DNA of 62,233 nt, filler included, from Candidatus Woesearchaeota archaeon (GTDB lineage: Archaea > Nanobdellota > Nanobdellia > Woesearchaeales > ARS49): NCBI GenBank assembly GCA_016188265.1. It is 3 parts of 3 records of this genome, joined end to end, with 100 filler letters (N's around TTAATTAATTAA, not from the genome) between each part and the next. Parts side by side here need not be neighbours in the genome. Positions count along the whole stretch, not along the records: positions 29,541 to 55,511 come from JACPID010000001.1; 2 more parts are not named here. The stretch is one strand, 5' to 3'. The notes beneath the pieces were generated by a model that was given only the letters and a program-made list of their open reading frames with translations, did not search any database and was not told the DNA's origin. Positions 37,990 to 47,421 of the stretch are shown here, in pieces. Position 1 is the first letter of the stretch. Each line of letters opens with the position of its first letter. A program made the translations under genes and the position numbers.

Positions 37990-38495
37990 ATAGAATGACA
38001 CAACCCCGGATAGAGAAAATCACCTTGAACATAGGTGCTGGAAAAGAACAAGCACGATTAGATAAAGGTGTTAAGCTGTTAGAAAAAATTACTGGAATCA
38101 CTCCTGTAAAAACAGTAAGTAAAAAGCGTATTCCTGCATGGGGTCTTCGTCCTGGGCTTCCAATAGGTTGTAAGCTTACATTAAGAAAAAATAAAGCAAT
38201 TGAATTATTGAAAAAATTATTGAAAGCTAAAGAAAATAGATTAAACATTCGGCAATTTGATAATTGTGGAAATGTTGCTTTCGGAATTCATGAATATATT
38301 GATATTCCAGATGTAGAGTATGATCCTGAAATTGGTGTTATGGGTTTAGAAGTATGTGTTACTTTGGAAAAACCGGGATTTAGAGTTAAAAAAAGAAAAT
38401 TGCGTCCAAAACCAATTCCAAAACAACATCAAGTAAGCCAGGAAGAAGCAATTAATTTCATGAAAGAAAAATTTAATGTTGAGGTGACTGCATGA
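37986..38495 (+). CDS. rpl5: 50S ribosomal protein L5
   Basis: [35 protein letters not shown]. Confidence 0.97.
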   Translation: MNRMTQPRIEKITLNIGAGKEQARLDKGVKLLEKITGITPVKTVSKKRIPAWGLRPGLPIGCKLTLRKNKAIELLKKLLKAKENRLNIRQFDNCGNVAFGIHEYIDIPDVEYDPEIGVMGLEVCVTLEKPGFRVKKRKLRPKPIPKQHQVSQEEAINFMKEKFNVEVTA

Positions 38496-38722
38496 CAACA
38501 AGTGATTGGCGTAAAGCATTCAAGCAATTGAAATTAAAACCTGTAAAGTTAAAGAAGTATAAAAAACACAATGCTCCTAGAAAAAGATCTACTGGAGTGC
38601 AATTGCAAAGATGTGAACGTTGTGGGCGTTATGGAGGGCATATTAAAAAATATGGTTTAAGCTTATGCAGGTGTTGTTTTAGAGAAATAGCGCCTATGAT
38701 AGGTTTTAAAAAGTATAGTTGA
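38492..38722 (+). CDS. rps14: 30S ribosomal protein S14 (Zn-binding, N-terminally extended)
   Basis: CERCG...LCRCCFRE...GFKKY. Confidence 0.95.
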   Translation: MTTSDWRKAFKQLKLKPVKLKKYKKHNAPRKRSTGVQLQRCERCGRYGGHIKKYGLSLCRCCFREIAPMIGFKKYS

Positions 38723-38733
38723 GGAGGAAAAAA

Positions 38734-39123
38734 ATGTTAAATGATCCGCTTGCAAATGTAATGGAAAATATTGCACAAAAAGAAAATCAAGGCAAAAAGG
38801 AATGTATACTGCATCCTTGTTCAAAATTTATCTTAAATGTACTTAAATTACTGCAAAAAAATCATTACCTTGGGGATCAAGAATTAGTGTTAGATAAAAG
38901 AGGTGGTGTATTGAAGATAAATCTCTTGGGGCGTATAAACAAGTGTGGAGTAGTAAAACCAAGGTTTTCTGTTAAAGTTAATAATTTTGAAAAATTTGAA
39001 AAAAGATATCTTCCTGCAAAAGATATGGGTATTCTCGTTGTATCAACATCAAAAGGATTAATGACTCAGGAAGAAGCAAAAAAGCAAAACATTGGAGGAA
39101 AATTACTCGTGTATTGTTATTAA
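38734..39123 (+). CDS. rps8: 30S ribosomal protein S8
   Basis: NDPLAN, INKCGVVKPR, STSKGLMT, GGKLL. Confidence 0.97.
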   Translation: MLNDPLANVMENIAQKENQGKKECILHPCSKFILNVLKLLQKNHYLGDQELVLDKRGGVLKINLLGRINKCGVVKPRFSVKVNNFEKFEKRYLPAKDMGILVVSTSKGLMTQEEAKKQNIGGKLLVYCY

Positions 39124-39127
39124 GAAA

Positions 39128-39691
39128 ATGAAAATAGATTTTGAAGAAAAAATATTAATTCCTGAAGGAGTCAAGGTAGAGTGGAAAGGAAATATTCTCT
39201 GTGTTGAAGGCCCAAAAGGAAAAGTTGAAAGAGAATTATTTCATCCTTCAATACAAACAAAAATTAATGATTCTGGATTGTTTTTGTATTGTAAAAAAGC
39301 AACAAAAAGAGAAAAAACTTTATTGTATGCTTTCAATGCTCATATTAAAAATATGATAAAAGGTGTTCAAAAGCTTTTTGTATATAAGTTAAAAGCTTGC
39401 ACTGGGCCTCCGCAAAGCCATTTTCCAGCGCAGATATCTGTTAAAGATAATGTTTTCATAGTTAAGAACTTTCTTGGAGAAAAATATCCTAGAGTATTAA
39501 AAATAAAAGCATCTGTGAGTGTTAAAATTGATGGAAATGTTATAACAGTTGAAAGTCCTGATATTGAAAGCGCAGGAAATACTGCTTCAAATATTGAATT
39601 ACTGACTAGAATTAGTAGAAGAGACCGTAGAATTTTCCAAGATGGAATTTACATTATTGAAACACCAAAGGGGGAAATTGCAAGCCAATGA
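39128..39691 (+). CDS. rpl6: 50S ribosomal protein L6
   Basis: IPEGV, GPKG, NFLGE, DRRIFQDGIYI. Confidence 0.97.
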   Translation: MKIDFEEKILIPEGVKVEWKGNILCVEGPKGKVERELFHPSIQTKINDSGLFLYCKKATKREKTLLYAFNAHIKNMIKGVQKLFVYKLKACTGPPQSHFPAQISVKDNVFIVKNFLGEKYPRVLKIKASVSVKIDGNVITVESPDIESAGNTASNIELLTRISRRDRRIFQDGIYIIETPKGEIASQ

Positions 39692-40197
39692 GCAAAAAAT
39701 TTGTACGTGAAGATAAAAAAAGAAAACGAGTTCCTGCTAAATGGAGAAGGCCAAGAGGGCTTCATAATAAAGTTAAGCTTGAAAAAAGAGGACATACAAT
39801 CCTAGTAAAAGTAGGCTATAAAAGGCCTTCAAAAATCAGGGGCTTGATTAATGGAAGGATTCCTGTAATTGTTAATACATTAAATGATCTTAAAAAAATT
39901 TCAAAAGATTGCAATATTATTGTAGGCAGGACAGTTGGCGCTAAAAAAATGATATTTTTGCTTGAAGAAATACAAAAGCAAGGTTTAACAGTTAATAATA
40001 TTAAAAATATTAAAGAGTACATTGCAAAAATTCATCAGACATTAAAAGAAAAGCAAGAATTAAGAAAAAACAGCCTCAAAAAGAAAAAAGCAACAAAAAC
40101 TGAAAAACAAAACAAGGTTGAAAGCATGGAAGAAAATAAGCCAGAGCTTGACAAAAAGAAAGAATTAGATAAGTTATTAATAAAACCTGAAAAATAA
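39688..40197 (+). CDS. rpl32e: 50S ribosomal protein L32e with charged extension
   Basis: KWRRPRGLHNK, VKVGY, VGAKK. Confidence 0.93.
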   Translation: MSKKFVREDKKRKRVPAKWRRPRGLHNKVKLEKRGHTILVKVGYKRPSKIRGLINGRIPVIVNTLNDLKKISKDCNIIVGRTVGAKKMIFLLEEIQKQGLTVNNIKNIKEYIAKIHQTLKEKQELRKNSLKKKKATKTEKQNKVESMEENKPELDKKKELDKLLIKPEK

Positions 40198-40198
40198 A

Positions 40199-40642
40199 AT
40201 GAAATTACAAAAACGTTTAGCAGCATCAATAATGAAGTGTAGTGCAAAAAGAATAGTTTTTGATACTGGTAAAATCAAGGAAATTAAAGAAGCAATTACA
40301 AAAGCAGATGTTAAAAAACTTATACAAAAAAAAATAATAACAGTTACACAAAAACAAGGAATATCACGTGCGCGTTCCATTAAAATTCAAAGACAAAAAC
40401 AAAAAGGAAGACGCAAAGGACACGGGTCTAGAAAAGGAAAGATCAATGCAAGAACTAACAATAAAAGGAGCTGGATTAATACAATACGGGCACAGCGTAA
40501 TTTTCTTTTGAATATTAAGCAAAAACAACTTGTTTCATCATTAACATATAGGGCGCTGTACAAAAAAGCTCATGGAGGCTTTTTCCGCAGTGTTAATCAT
40601 ATTAAACTCTACTTAACAGAAAATAAATTGTGGAAAACATGA
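40199..40642 (+). CDS. rpl19e: 50S ribosomal protein L19e
   Basis: QKRLAA, GRRKGHGSRKG, LYKKAHGGFF. Confidence 0.96.
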   Translation: MKLQKRLAASIMKCSAKRIVFDTGKIKEIKEAITKADVKKLIQKKIITVTQKQGISRARSIKIQRQKQKGRRKGHGSRKGKINARTNNKRSWINTIRAQRNFLLNIKQKQLVSSLTYRALYKKAHGGFFRSVNHIKLYLTENKLWKT

Positions 40643-41193
40643 ACAAAAAAATAAAAACAGTATTGTTTAGAAGAAAACGTGAAGGAAAAACAGATTATAG
40701 AAAAAGAATGTATTTGCTAAAAAGCAGCCTTCCGAGAGTTGTTATTAGAAGAAGCAATAAGCATATTCTTGTTCAAGGTGTTAAAGCTTTATCTAAGGGA
40801 GATGTTATGCTTTGTTCAGCGCATACGCGTGAATTAATGAAATTAGGATGGAAAGGAAATACTAAAAACACAAATGCAGCATACTTAGTAGGATTGTTAT
40901 TTGCAAAACATGCCTTGAAAAAAAGTATTAAAAATTTTGTTGTTGATATAGGCATGCAAAGTTCTGTGAAAGGAGGGGTTATTTATGCAGTAGTTAAAGG
41001 ATTGATTGATGGAGGCCTTGATGTACCTTGCAGTAAAGAAGTTATGCCTGATGATAAAAGAATATTAGGAAATCATATTGTTGAATGGAGTAAAAAAGTA
41101 AAAAATCAATTTAGCAATTATGCAAAAAATAATCTTCTGCTTGCTGATATTGAAAAACACACACAAGAGGTAAAGAAAAAAATAATAGCATGA
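40639..41193 (+). CDS. rpl18: 50S ribosomal protein L18
   Basis: RRKREGKTDYRKR, AAYLVG, DGGLDVP. Confidence 0.96.
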   Translation: MNKKIKTVLFRRKREGKTDYRKRMYLLKSSLPRVVIRRSNKHILVQGVKALSKGDVMLCSAHTRELMKLGWKGNTKNTNAAYLVGLLFAKHALKKSIKNFVVDIGMQSSVKGGVIYAVVKGLIDGGLDVPCSKEVMPDDKRILGNHIVEWSKKVKNQFSNYAKNNLLLADIEKHTQEVKKKIIA

Positions 41194-42023
41194 AAAAAGA
41201 AAAACCAGCTCAAAAATTAGAAGAAGAACACGTTGCTAGTGAGGAGAAATTAGCAGTTGAAAAATTTTCTGCAAGTGAAGAAGAGCTTGTTGATGTTGAA
41301 ACAGAAGTAAAGCCCGAAGTTAAAAAGGATGTTGAAAGTTGGAACCCTAAAACCAAGCTTGGAATGAAAGTTAAACAAGGAGTTATTAAAAATATTGATG
41401 AAATACTTGACTCAGGAGAAGCTATTCTTGAATCTCAAATAACTGATATGTTATTGCCTAAAATAGAGCATGAATTACTTTTCATAGGGCAGTCAAAAGG
41501 TAAATTTGGAGGGGGGGCTAGAAGAATATTCAGGCAAACACAAAAGAAAACTCCTGAGGGAAATAAGCCGAGTTTTTCCTGCTTTGCTATTATAGGTGAC
41601 AAAAATGGATATGTTGGAGGAGGCCATGGAAAAAGCAAAGATACTGTTCCTGCAAGAGAAAAAGCAATACGTAATGCAAAAATGAATATTTTCAAGATTC
41701 GAAGAGGTTGTGGAAGTTGGCAGTGTGGCTGTAAAAATCCTCACTCAATTCCATTTGGTGTAAGTGGAAAATGTGGCAGTGTAACAATAAAACTCATGCC
41801 TGCTCCAAAAGGCAAGGGATTATGTATTGAAGGAGAGTGCCAAAAAATATTGAGGCTTGCAGGAGTTAAGGATATTTGGAGCAAATCATATGGGCAAACA
41901 AATATTAAAATGAATTTAATATTTGCATGTTTAGATGCTCTTAAAGAATTAAACATGATGAAAGTTAAAGAAGATTTAAAAGAATTATTAGGCATTAAAG
42001 AAAGAGGAATAACAACAGTATGA
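41190..42023 (+). CDS. rps5: 30S ribosomal protein S5
   Basis: WNPKTKLG, RRGCGSWQC, GSVTIKLMPAPKG. Confidence 0.97.
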   Translation: MKKEKPAQKLEEEHVASEEKLAVEKFSASEEELVDVETEVKPEVKKDVESWNPKTKLGMKVKQGVIKNIDEILDSGEAILESQITDMLLPKIEHELLFIGQSKGKFGGGARRIFRQTQKKTPEGNKPSFSCFAIIGDKNGYVGGGHGKSKDTVPAREKAIRNAKMNIFKIRRGCGSWQCGCKNPHSIPFGVSGKCGSVTIKLMPAPKGKGLCIEGECQKILRLAGVKDIWSKSYGQTNIKMNLIFACLDALKELNMMKVKEDLKELLGIKERGITTV

Positions 42024-42367
42024 AACTTGCAATTATACGCATTCGCGGAGATTATAATTTAAACAGAGAAGAAAGAACTACTTTAGAATTGCTTAGCCTT
42101 ACTAGAAAAAATACTTGTGTTTTGAAAGATGAATCTCCAACAATTAAAGGAATGCTAAATAAAGTTCAGCATTTAATAACATGGGGTTTTGTTGATTCTG
42201 ATACTGAAAAATTATTAGAAAAGTGTAAAGGAAAAAATGGTAAAATTCATTTATCACCTCCAAAAAAAGGTTATGGAAGAAAAGGCATAAAAATAAGTTT
42301 TGCTCAAAGCGGTGCATATGGTGATAGAAAAGAAAAAATAAATAATTTACTGCAAAGGATGGTTTAA
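42020..42367 (+). CDS. rpl30: 50S ribosomal protein L30
   Basis: AIIRIRG, GMLNKV..LITWG, LSPPKKGY, INNLLQRM. Confidence 0.95.
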   Translation: MKLAIIRIRGDYNLNREERTTLELLSLTRKNTCVLKDESPTIKGMLNKVQHLITWGFVDSDTEKLLEKCKGKNGKIHLSPPKKGYGRKGIKISFAQSGAYGDRKEKINNLLQRMV

Positions 42368-42368
42368 A

Positions 42369-42788
42369 ATGGTAGTGCGTAAACATAAAAAAATAACAAA
42401 ACAAAGAGGTTCACGTACTTGTGGTTGGGGGCTTGTTCATCGAGGCTCTGGACAGAAGGGAGGTGTTGGAAATTCAGCTGGTGGGAAAAAATGTCATGCT
42501 AAAAAACAATCATTTCCAGCTGATCATTTTGGTAAGCGAGGGTTTAAAAAAAAAGGAGTTTTGCTTGGAAAAAATAACATTAGTATTCGTGATGTTGAAG
42601 AAAAGCTTAATTCGTGGAATGTTCCTCAGGAAAATGGTTTGTTTGTTGTTGATCTTAAAAATAAAGGTTATGATAAATTAGTAAGCCAGGGAAATGTAAA
42701 AAGAAGATTAAAAATTATTGTTAAAATGTCTTCGAAAAAAGCACAGGAAAAAATCAAAGCATCAAGCGGAGAGGTTATTCTTGGATAG
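42369..42788 (+). CDS. rpl15: 50S ribosomal protein L15
   Basis: RGSRTCGWG, RGSGQKGG.G, FGKRGF. Confidence 0.95.
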   Translation: MVVRKHKKITKQRGSRTCGWGLVHRGSGQKGGVGNSAGGKKCHAKKQSFPADHFGKRGFKKKGVLLGKNNISIRDVEEKLNSWNVPQENGLFVVDLKNKGYDKLVSQGNVKRRLKIIVKMSSKKAQEKIKASSGEVILG

Positions 42789-42794
42789 ATTACA

Positions 42795-44225
42795 ATGTCA
42801 TTTTTAGATTTTATTATTAATAATTTACCTGGCGTAGCAGCGCCTTTACAAAAAAAACTGTCTTTTAAAGAGAAGCTAAAGTGGACTCTTATAGCGCTTG
42901 TATTATTTTTTGTTCTTGGCCTAATTCCTTTATTTGGCCTTGGACAAAATGAACTTCAAAGATTTGAATTATTATCAATAATTCTTGGAGCAAGTTTTGG
43001 CTCTATTATTTCTTTAGGTATAGGTCCAATTGTTACTGCATCAATAGTGCTTCAACTTCTTAATGGCAGTGGTATTGTTAAATTTGATTTGCAAACTCCT
43101 CAAGGAAAATCAAGATTTCAGGGTTTTCAAAAATTACTGGCTATATTTTTTATACTTTTTGAAGGTGCAATTTATGTTTTTATGGGTGGATTATCGCCTG
43201 CTCAAGAATTGATAGGAACAACAACATACTTTCAGTTGCAGTTGTTGCTAGTTTTTCAGTTATTTTTAGGTGGTTTATTGATTTTATTTATGGATGAAAT
43301 TGTTACAAAATGGGGTTTTGGAAGTGGAATTAGTTTGTTTATTGCAGCAGGTGTTTCACAATCTGTTTTTATTCGTGCTTTAAGCCCTTTGAAAGCTGAA
43401 GGGCAAGCGTATATTGGGGCAATTCCAAGTATGGTTAATGCACTTATTAATCAATTGCCTACAGAAGCTGTTTTAAGTGCATCAAGTGTTATAGCAACAA
43501 TTGTTATATTTGCTGTTGCAGTGTATGTTCAAGCAATGAAAGTTGAAATACCTTTATCATTAGGAAGGGTTGCTGGCCATGGTGTAAGATGGCCTTTGCA
43601 TTTTGTTTATACAAGTAATATTCCAGTTATTCTTGTTAGTGCATTATTTGCTAATTTTCAGTTGTGGGGTTCTTTGCTTCAAAGGTGGGCGCAAAGCAGT
43701 GGTTCAGCTATTTTTATTAAATTATCTTCATTGTTTGGTACATTTAGCGCGCAGGGAGTCCCAACTGGTGGTTTAATTGCTTGGTTGTCTCCTGTTAATG
43801 TTATTGAAGTTACTATTACACAAGGATTTTTTGATGGTTTTTTGCGTGTTTTGCCTCAAGCGCTTGTTTATGTAATTTTTATGATTGTTGGTTGTGTTAT
43901 TTTTTCTTGGTTCTGGGTTCAAACAAGCAGTATGGATGCAAAAAGCCAAGCACAGCAAATACTTAATGCAGGTTTTATAATGCCAGGTTTTAGAAGAGAT
44001 ACTAGAATTCTCGAACATTTGCTTGCTAGAAAAATTGGTCCTTTAACAATTCTTGGAGCAATAACAGTTGGATTGCTTGCTGCTATTGCAGATTTAAGCG
44101 GAGCTTTGACAAATGGGACTGGCCTTTTATTAACTGTTATGATTATTTACAGGTTATATGAAGATATTGCAAAACAGCACATGATGGATATGAATCCTAT
44201 GATTAAAAAGTTTATGGGTAAATAA
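42795..44225 (+). CDS. secY: Preprotein translocase subunit SecY
   Basis: LGIGPIVTASIVLQLL, KWGFGSGISLFIAAGV, YTSNIPVIL, PGFRRD, GTGLLLTV. Confidence 0.98.
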   Translation: MSFLDFIINNLPGVAAPLQKKLSFKEKLKWTLIALVLFFVLGLIPLFGLGQNELQRFELLSIILGASFGSIISLGIGPIVTASIVLQLLNGSGIVKFDLQTPQGKSRFQGFQKLLAIFFILFEGAIYVFMGGLSPAQELIGTTTYFQLQLLLVFQLFLGGLLILFMDEIVTKWGFGSGISLFIAAGVSQSVFIRALSPLKAEGQAYIGAIPSMVNALINQLPTEAVLSASSVIATIVIFAVAVYVQAMKVEIPLSLGRVAGHGVRWPLHFVYTSNIPVILVSALFANFQLWGSLLQRWAQSSGSAIFIKLSSLFGTFSAQGVPTGGLIAWLSPVNVIEVTITQGFFDGFLRVLPQALVYVIFMIVGCVIFSWFWVQTSSMDAKSQAQQILNAGFIMPGFRRDTRILEHLLARKIGPLTILGAITVGLLAAIADLSGALTNGTGLLLTVMIIYRLYEDIAKQHMMDMNPMIKKFMGK

Positions 44226-44226
44226 T

Positions 44227-44982
44227 ATGGGATTTTTTTCTTTTTTAAATCCAATTCTTGATGGAATTTTATTGCCGGTATTAAAATTAGGCCCTTTATG
44301 GTTTTTAGTTATTATTTCTTTAATTGTTTCATGGCTTATTACGCTTATTTACAAGTATACTACTGATCAAAATTTAATGAAAACATTGAAAGAAGAACTT
44401 AAGGTTCTTCAAAAGGAAATGAAAGAATTAAAGGATCATCCAGAAAAAATAAAGGAAGTGCAGTCTAAGTTTAGCCAAACTAATATGAAATTTATGATGG
44501 AAAGTATGAAGCCAACACTTTATTATATGATCCCTTTAATTATATTATTTGGATGGTTAGGATCACATCTTGCTTATGAACCTATATTGCCCGGACAAGA
44601 ATTTAGTATTGAAGTATTAGTAGATGATTATGGAGGAAATATTAGTATTAATGTGCCAAAAGGCATAGAATTAACAAGTGAAAATGTTAAAAAAATTGAA
44701 AATAAATTATCAATATTCACAATGAAGGGTGAAGAAGGAGAATATTTGTTTGAGTTTAATGCTGATAATAAAATTTTTAATATAGAAGTTGTGGTGTCGC
44801 CAAAAAAATATACTGATCCTATAAAAAAGTTCAATAATGAGTTAATAAAAGAGATACGTGCAAGCAATAAAAAGCTTATTGTTCTTAACTTATTTGGCTG
44901 GAAAATTGGCTGGTTAGGAACTTATATTATATTTTCTATTGTTTTAGGCAGTCTTTTAAGAAAATTAATGAAAGTTTACTAG
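44227..44982 (+). CDS. DUF106 / EMC3-TMCO1 (Oxa1 superfamily) membrane protein
   Basis: TM, coiled coil, MKPTLYYMIP TM, C-terminal GWLGTYIIFS; conserved position after secY. Confidence 0.88.
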   Translation: MGFFSFLNPILDGILLPVLKLGPLWFLVIISLIVSWLITLIYKYTTDQNLMKTLKEELKVLQKEMKELKDHPEKIKEVQSKFSQTNMKFMMESMKPTLYYMIPLIILFGWLGSHLAYEPILPGQEFSIEVLVDDYGGNISINVPKGIELTSENVKKIENKLSIFTMKGEEGEYLFEFNADNKIFNIEVVVSPKKYTDPIKKFNNELIKEIRASNKKLIVLNLFGWKIGWLGTYIIFSIVLGSLLRKLMKVY

Positions 44983-45795
44983 TGGTTTTTCAGGATAAGA
45001 AAATCAGAAGAGTTTGGTTTAAAGAACAATGGTTATTTCTCAATAGTGGATATTATTGAAGTTTTAACAGATAGTGTCAATCCTACTGATTACTTAAAGA
45101 AATTAAGAAAAAGAGATTTAGGACTTGGAAGCTACATAGGGACAAATTGTCCCCAGATAGATATGCCAACAAACGCAGGCAAGCTAAGGAATACATTGGC
45201 AGGAAATACTAAAGATATTTTCAGAATAATTCAGTCAATTCCTTCACCTAAAGCCGAGTCTTTCAAATTATGGCTTGCACAGGTCGGATACGAAAGAATT
45301 GAAGAGATAGAAAATCCAGAAATAGGTCAAGATAGAATCAAAGAATATTATGAATTGAAAGGCTACCCTAAAGAATGGATTGACAAAAGGCTTCGTGGCA
45401 TAGCAATAAGACAAGAACTGACTGATGAATGGAAAAATCGAGATATCAAAATAGAACAAGAGTTCGCAATATTGACAAACGAAATCTCGAAAGCAACTTT
45501 TGGAAAAACAGTTGGCGAATACAAAGAATTCAAGCAACTGCAAAAGAAAAACCACAATCTTCGCGACCACATGACTGACTGGGAACTCATTCTCACAATG
45601 ATTGGCGAAAAAGCAACGACAGACATAACAAAAGAGACAAACTCGCAAGGATTTGAAGAATGCAAAACTTCTGCAAGCAAAGGCGGAAACATCGCAAAAA
45701 GAACGCGCGAAGACATAGAACAGAACTTAGGAAAAAGCATAATCTCAAAAGAAAACTTTCTGCCAAAACAAAAAAAGAAGAAAAAATTAGAGTAA
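44982..45795 (+). pseudogene. Bro-N-domain (phage antirepressor-like) gene with a frameshift near its 5' end
   Basis: VVFQDKKIRRVWFKEQW (44982-45032) joins YFSIVDIIEVLTDS in the next frame after one extra T at 45033; RIIQSIPSPKAESFKLWLA and NLRDHMT motifs. Confidence 0.7.
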
Positions 45796-45796
45796 A

Positions 45797-46381
45797 TCAG
45801 ATTAAGATTCTTGCTTTTTCATTTTTTGGTAAAATTGGAGTAAAATTTAGATCTTTTGATTTACTTATGATTTTTTGTATCCTTTTTTCCCTTTCTAAAT
45901 CGAATATCTTAATATTACTGACACCAATTTCCTTATCGTTTAAGCTTTTTATACCAACATCTCCAATTATCTTTTTGTTTTTGACATCAAAAGCTATAGA
46001 TTGAATATTCAATGGTGTTGCTTCTAAATAGCTTTCAATTGTTTGAGGTAAATTAAGGTAATTGATATTTACATGATGCTTAAATTCATCTATATCTATG
46101 CTGAATTTTTGGGTGTGTATTTTTAGCCCTCCATATCTATTTTTTCCAAGCATCCAATCTGCAGGTATATTTTTAATCTCTATTTTATCAGTTACAAAAT
46201 CCAAATCAGGCATTGTTTCCATATGCAGACCTTGTAATTTTAATGCAATAGATCGATAAACAAATCCTCCAACCAAGTATAAATTTCCTGAAGTATTTTC
46301 AGACAAAACATCTAATAATTTTTGAATATCATAAACTTTAATGATTTTCTTAAATAATGCAGTTAATTCATCAGATTCCAT
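45797..46381 (-). CDS. Stand-alone class II (PolyA polymerase/CCA-like) nucleotidyltransferase head domain
   Basis: LYLVGGFVYR, DLDFV, IDI and PLNIQSIAFD...IIGD.G motifs; only 194 aa. Confidence 0.65.
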   Translation of the reverse strand: MESDELTALFKKIIKVYDIQKLLDVLSENTSGNLYLVGGFVYRSIALKLQGLHMETMPDLDFVTDKIEIKNIPADWMLGKNRYGGLKIHTQKFSIDIDEFKHHVNINYLNLPQTIESYLEATPLNIQSIAFDVKNKKIIGDVGIKSLNDKEIGVSNIKIFDLEREKRIQKIISKSKDLNFTPILPKNEKARILI

Positions 46382-46487
46382 TTCAAAACGAGAGATTACC
46401 TAATTAAAAAATGTTTTCTATTTTAATAGCCAAAGAGTAATTATTTTGAAATCTCATAATTATTTTCAATATAGAAACAATATTTAT

Positions 46488-46554
46488 ATGTCAAAAATTG
46501 CTATAACGCACACTACTGACTTCAGCCTAGATAGAACTAGCAATTTTTGATCAT
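46488..46554. repeat. Dispersed hairpin repeat family B, copy 2
   Basis: TCAAAAATTGCTA / TAGCAATTTTTGA perfect 13-bp arms; homologous to 8205-8273. Confidence 0.8.
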
Positions 46555-46700
46555 GATCAATAACTACTTAATCATTTAGTAGCTGTGTGTAAACACGCTA
46601 CCTACTTTAGTGTGTAGTTCTTGATAAATAACAAAGTATTTAAACAAGTTCCCTTTTTAAACTATTTAAATACCATTTATAAACATGGGGTGGAATTTCA

Positions 46701-47309
46701 ATGGCTAAAAAGAAAAAAACAGCAGTAAACAAAGAAAAAAAACCAAAAGTTTCTGTTAAAGTAAAAGAAGATGGTAAAAAAGAAATTGAAATTGTTAACA
46801 TAGTTGTCAGCGCTTCATTAGGGCATGACATCCCTTTAGAAAAAATGGCTGCAACATTATCTAATACTGAATACAATCCAGAACAATTTCCAGGGCTTGT
46901 TTTAAGAATAAAAGATCCAAAAACAAGCGCGCTAATATTCAGCTCTGGAAAAATAGTATGCACTGGTGCACGAAGTATGGAAAAAGTGCGTGAAAGCATT
47001 AGAAAAATAATGAAAAGCTTAGAAAAAATCAATATTAAAATTAAAAAAGAACCTGAAGTTGCAATTCAAAACATTGTTGCAGCAGGAGGCATAGGCATGG
47101 ATTTAAACCTAAACCTGCTTGCAATGCGCTTAGACAATGTTGAGTACGAACCAGAGCAATTTCCAGGATTAGTATACAAACTTCCTGATCGACAGGCAAC
47201 ATTTCTATTATTTTCTAATGGAAAAATAGTCTGTACAGGAACAAAATCAGAAGCAGAAGTACATAGGGTTGTAGATAAATTAATTGAAAATTTAAAGAAA
47301 GTGCGATAA
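46701..47309 (+). CDS. tbp: TATA-box-binding protein
   Basis: Two repeats of NIV...EY.PEQFPGLV...F.SGKIVCTG. Confidence 0.98.
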   Translation: MAKKKKTAVNKEKKPKVSVKVKEDGKKEIEIVNIVVSASLGHDIPLEKMAATLSNTEYNPEQFPGLVLRIKDPKTSALIFSSGKIVCTGARSMEKVRESIRKIMKSLEKINIKIKKEPEVAIQNIVAAGGIGMDLNLNLLAMRLDNVEYEPEQFPGLVYKLPDRQATFLLFSNGKIVCTGTKSEAEVHRVVDKLIENLKKVR

Positions 47310-47421
47310 ATAAATGTAGGCTACGCTTGCTATACTGCAGTCCCGATATATTTATATTAAAGTAATTTGCTATGATTCTAATTAAATTTAGGACTTTAAT
47401 ATTTAGGGGTGGAATAATAAA

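Noticed and set aside
47310..47421. Replication origin between tbp and mcm
   Set aside because: Short AT-rich spacer with no repeated ORB-like boxes and no adjacent cdc6/orc1; GGGGTGGA is better explained as a ribosome-binding site, also seen before tbp.
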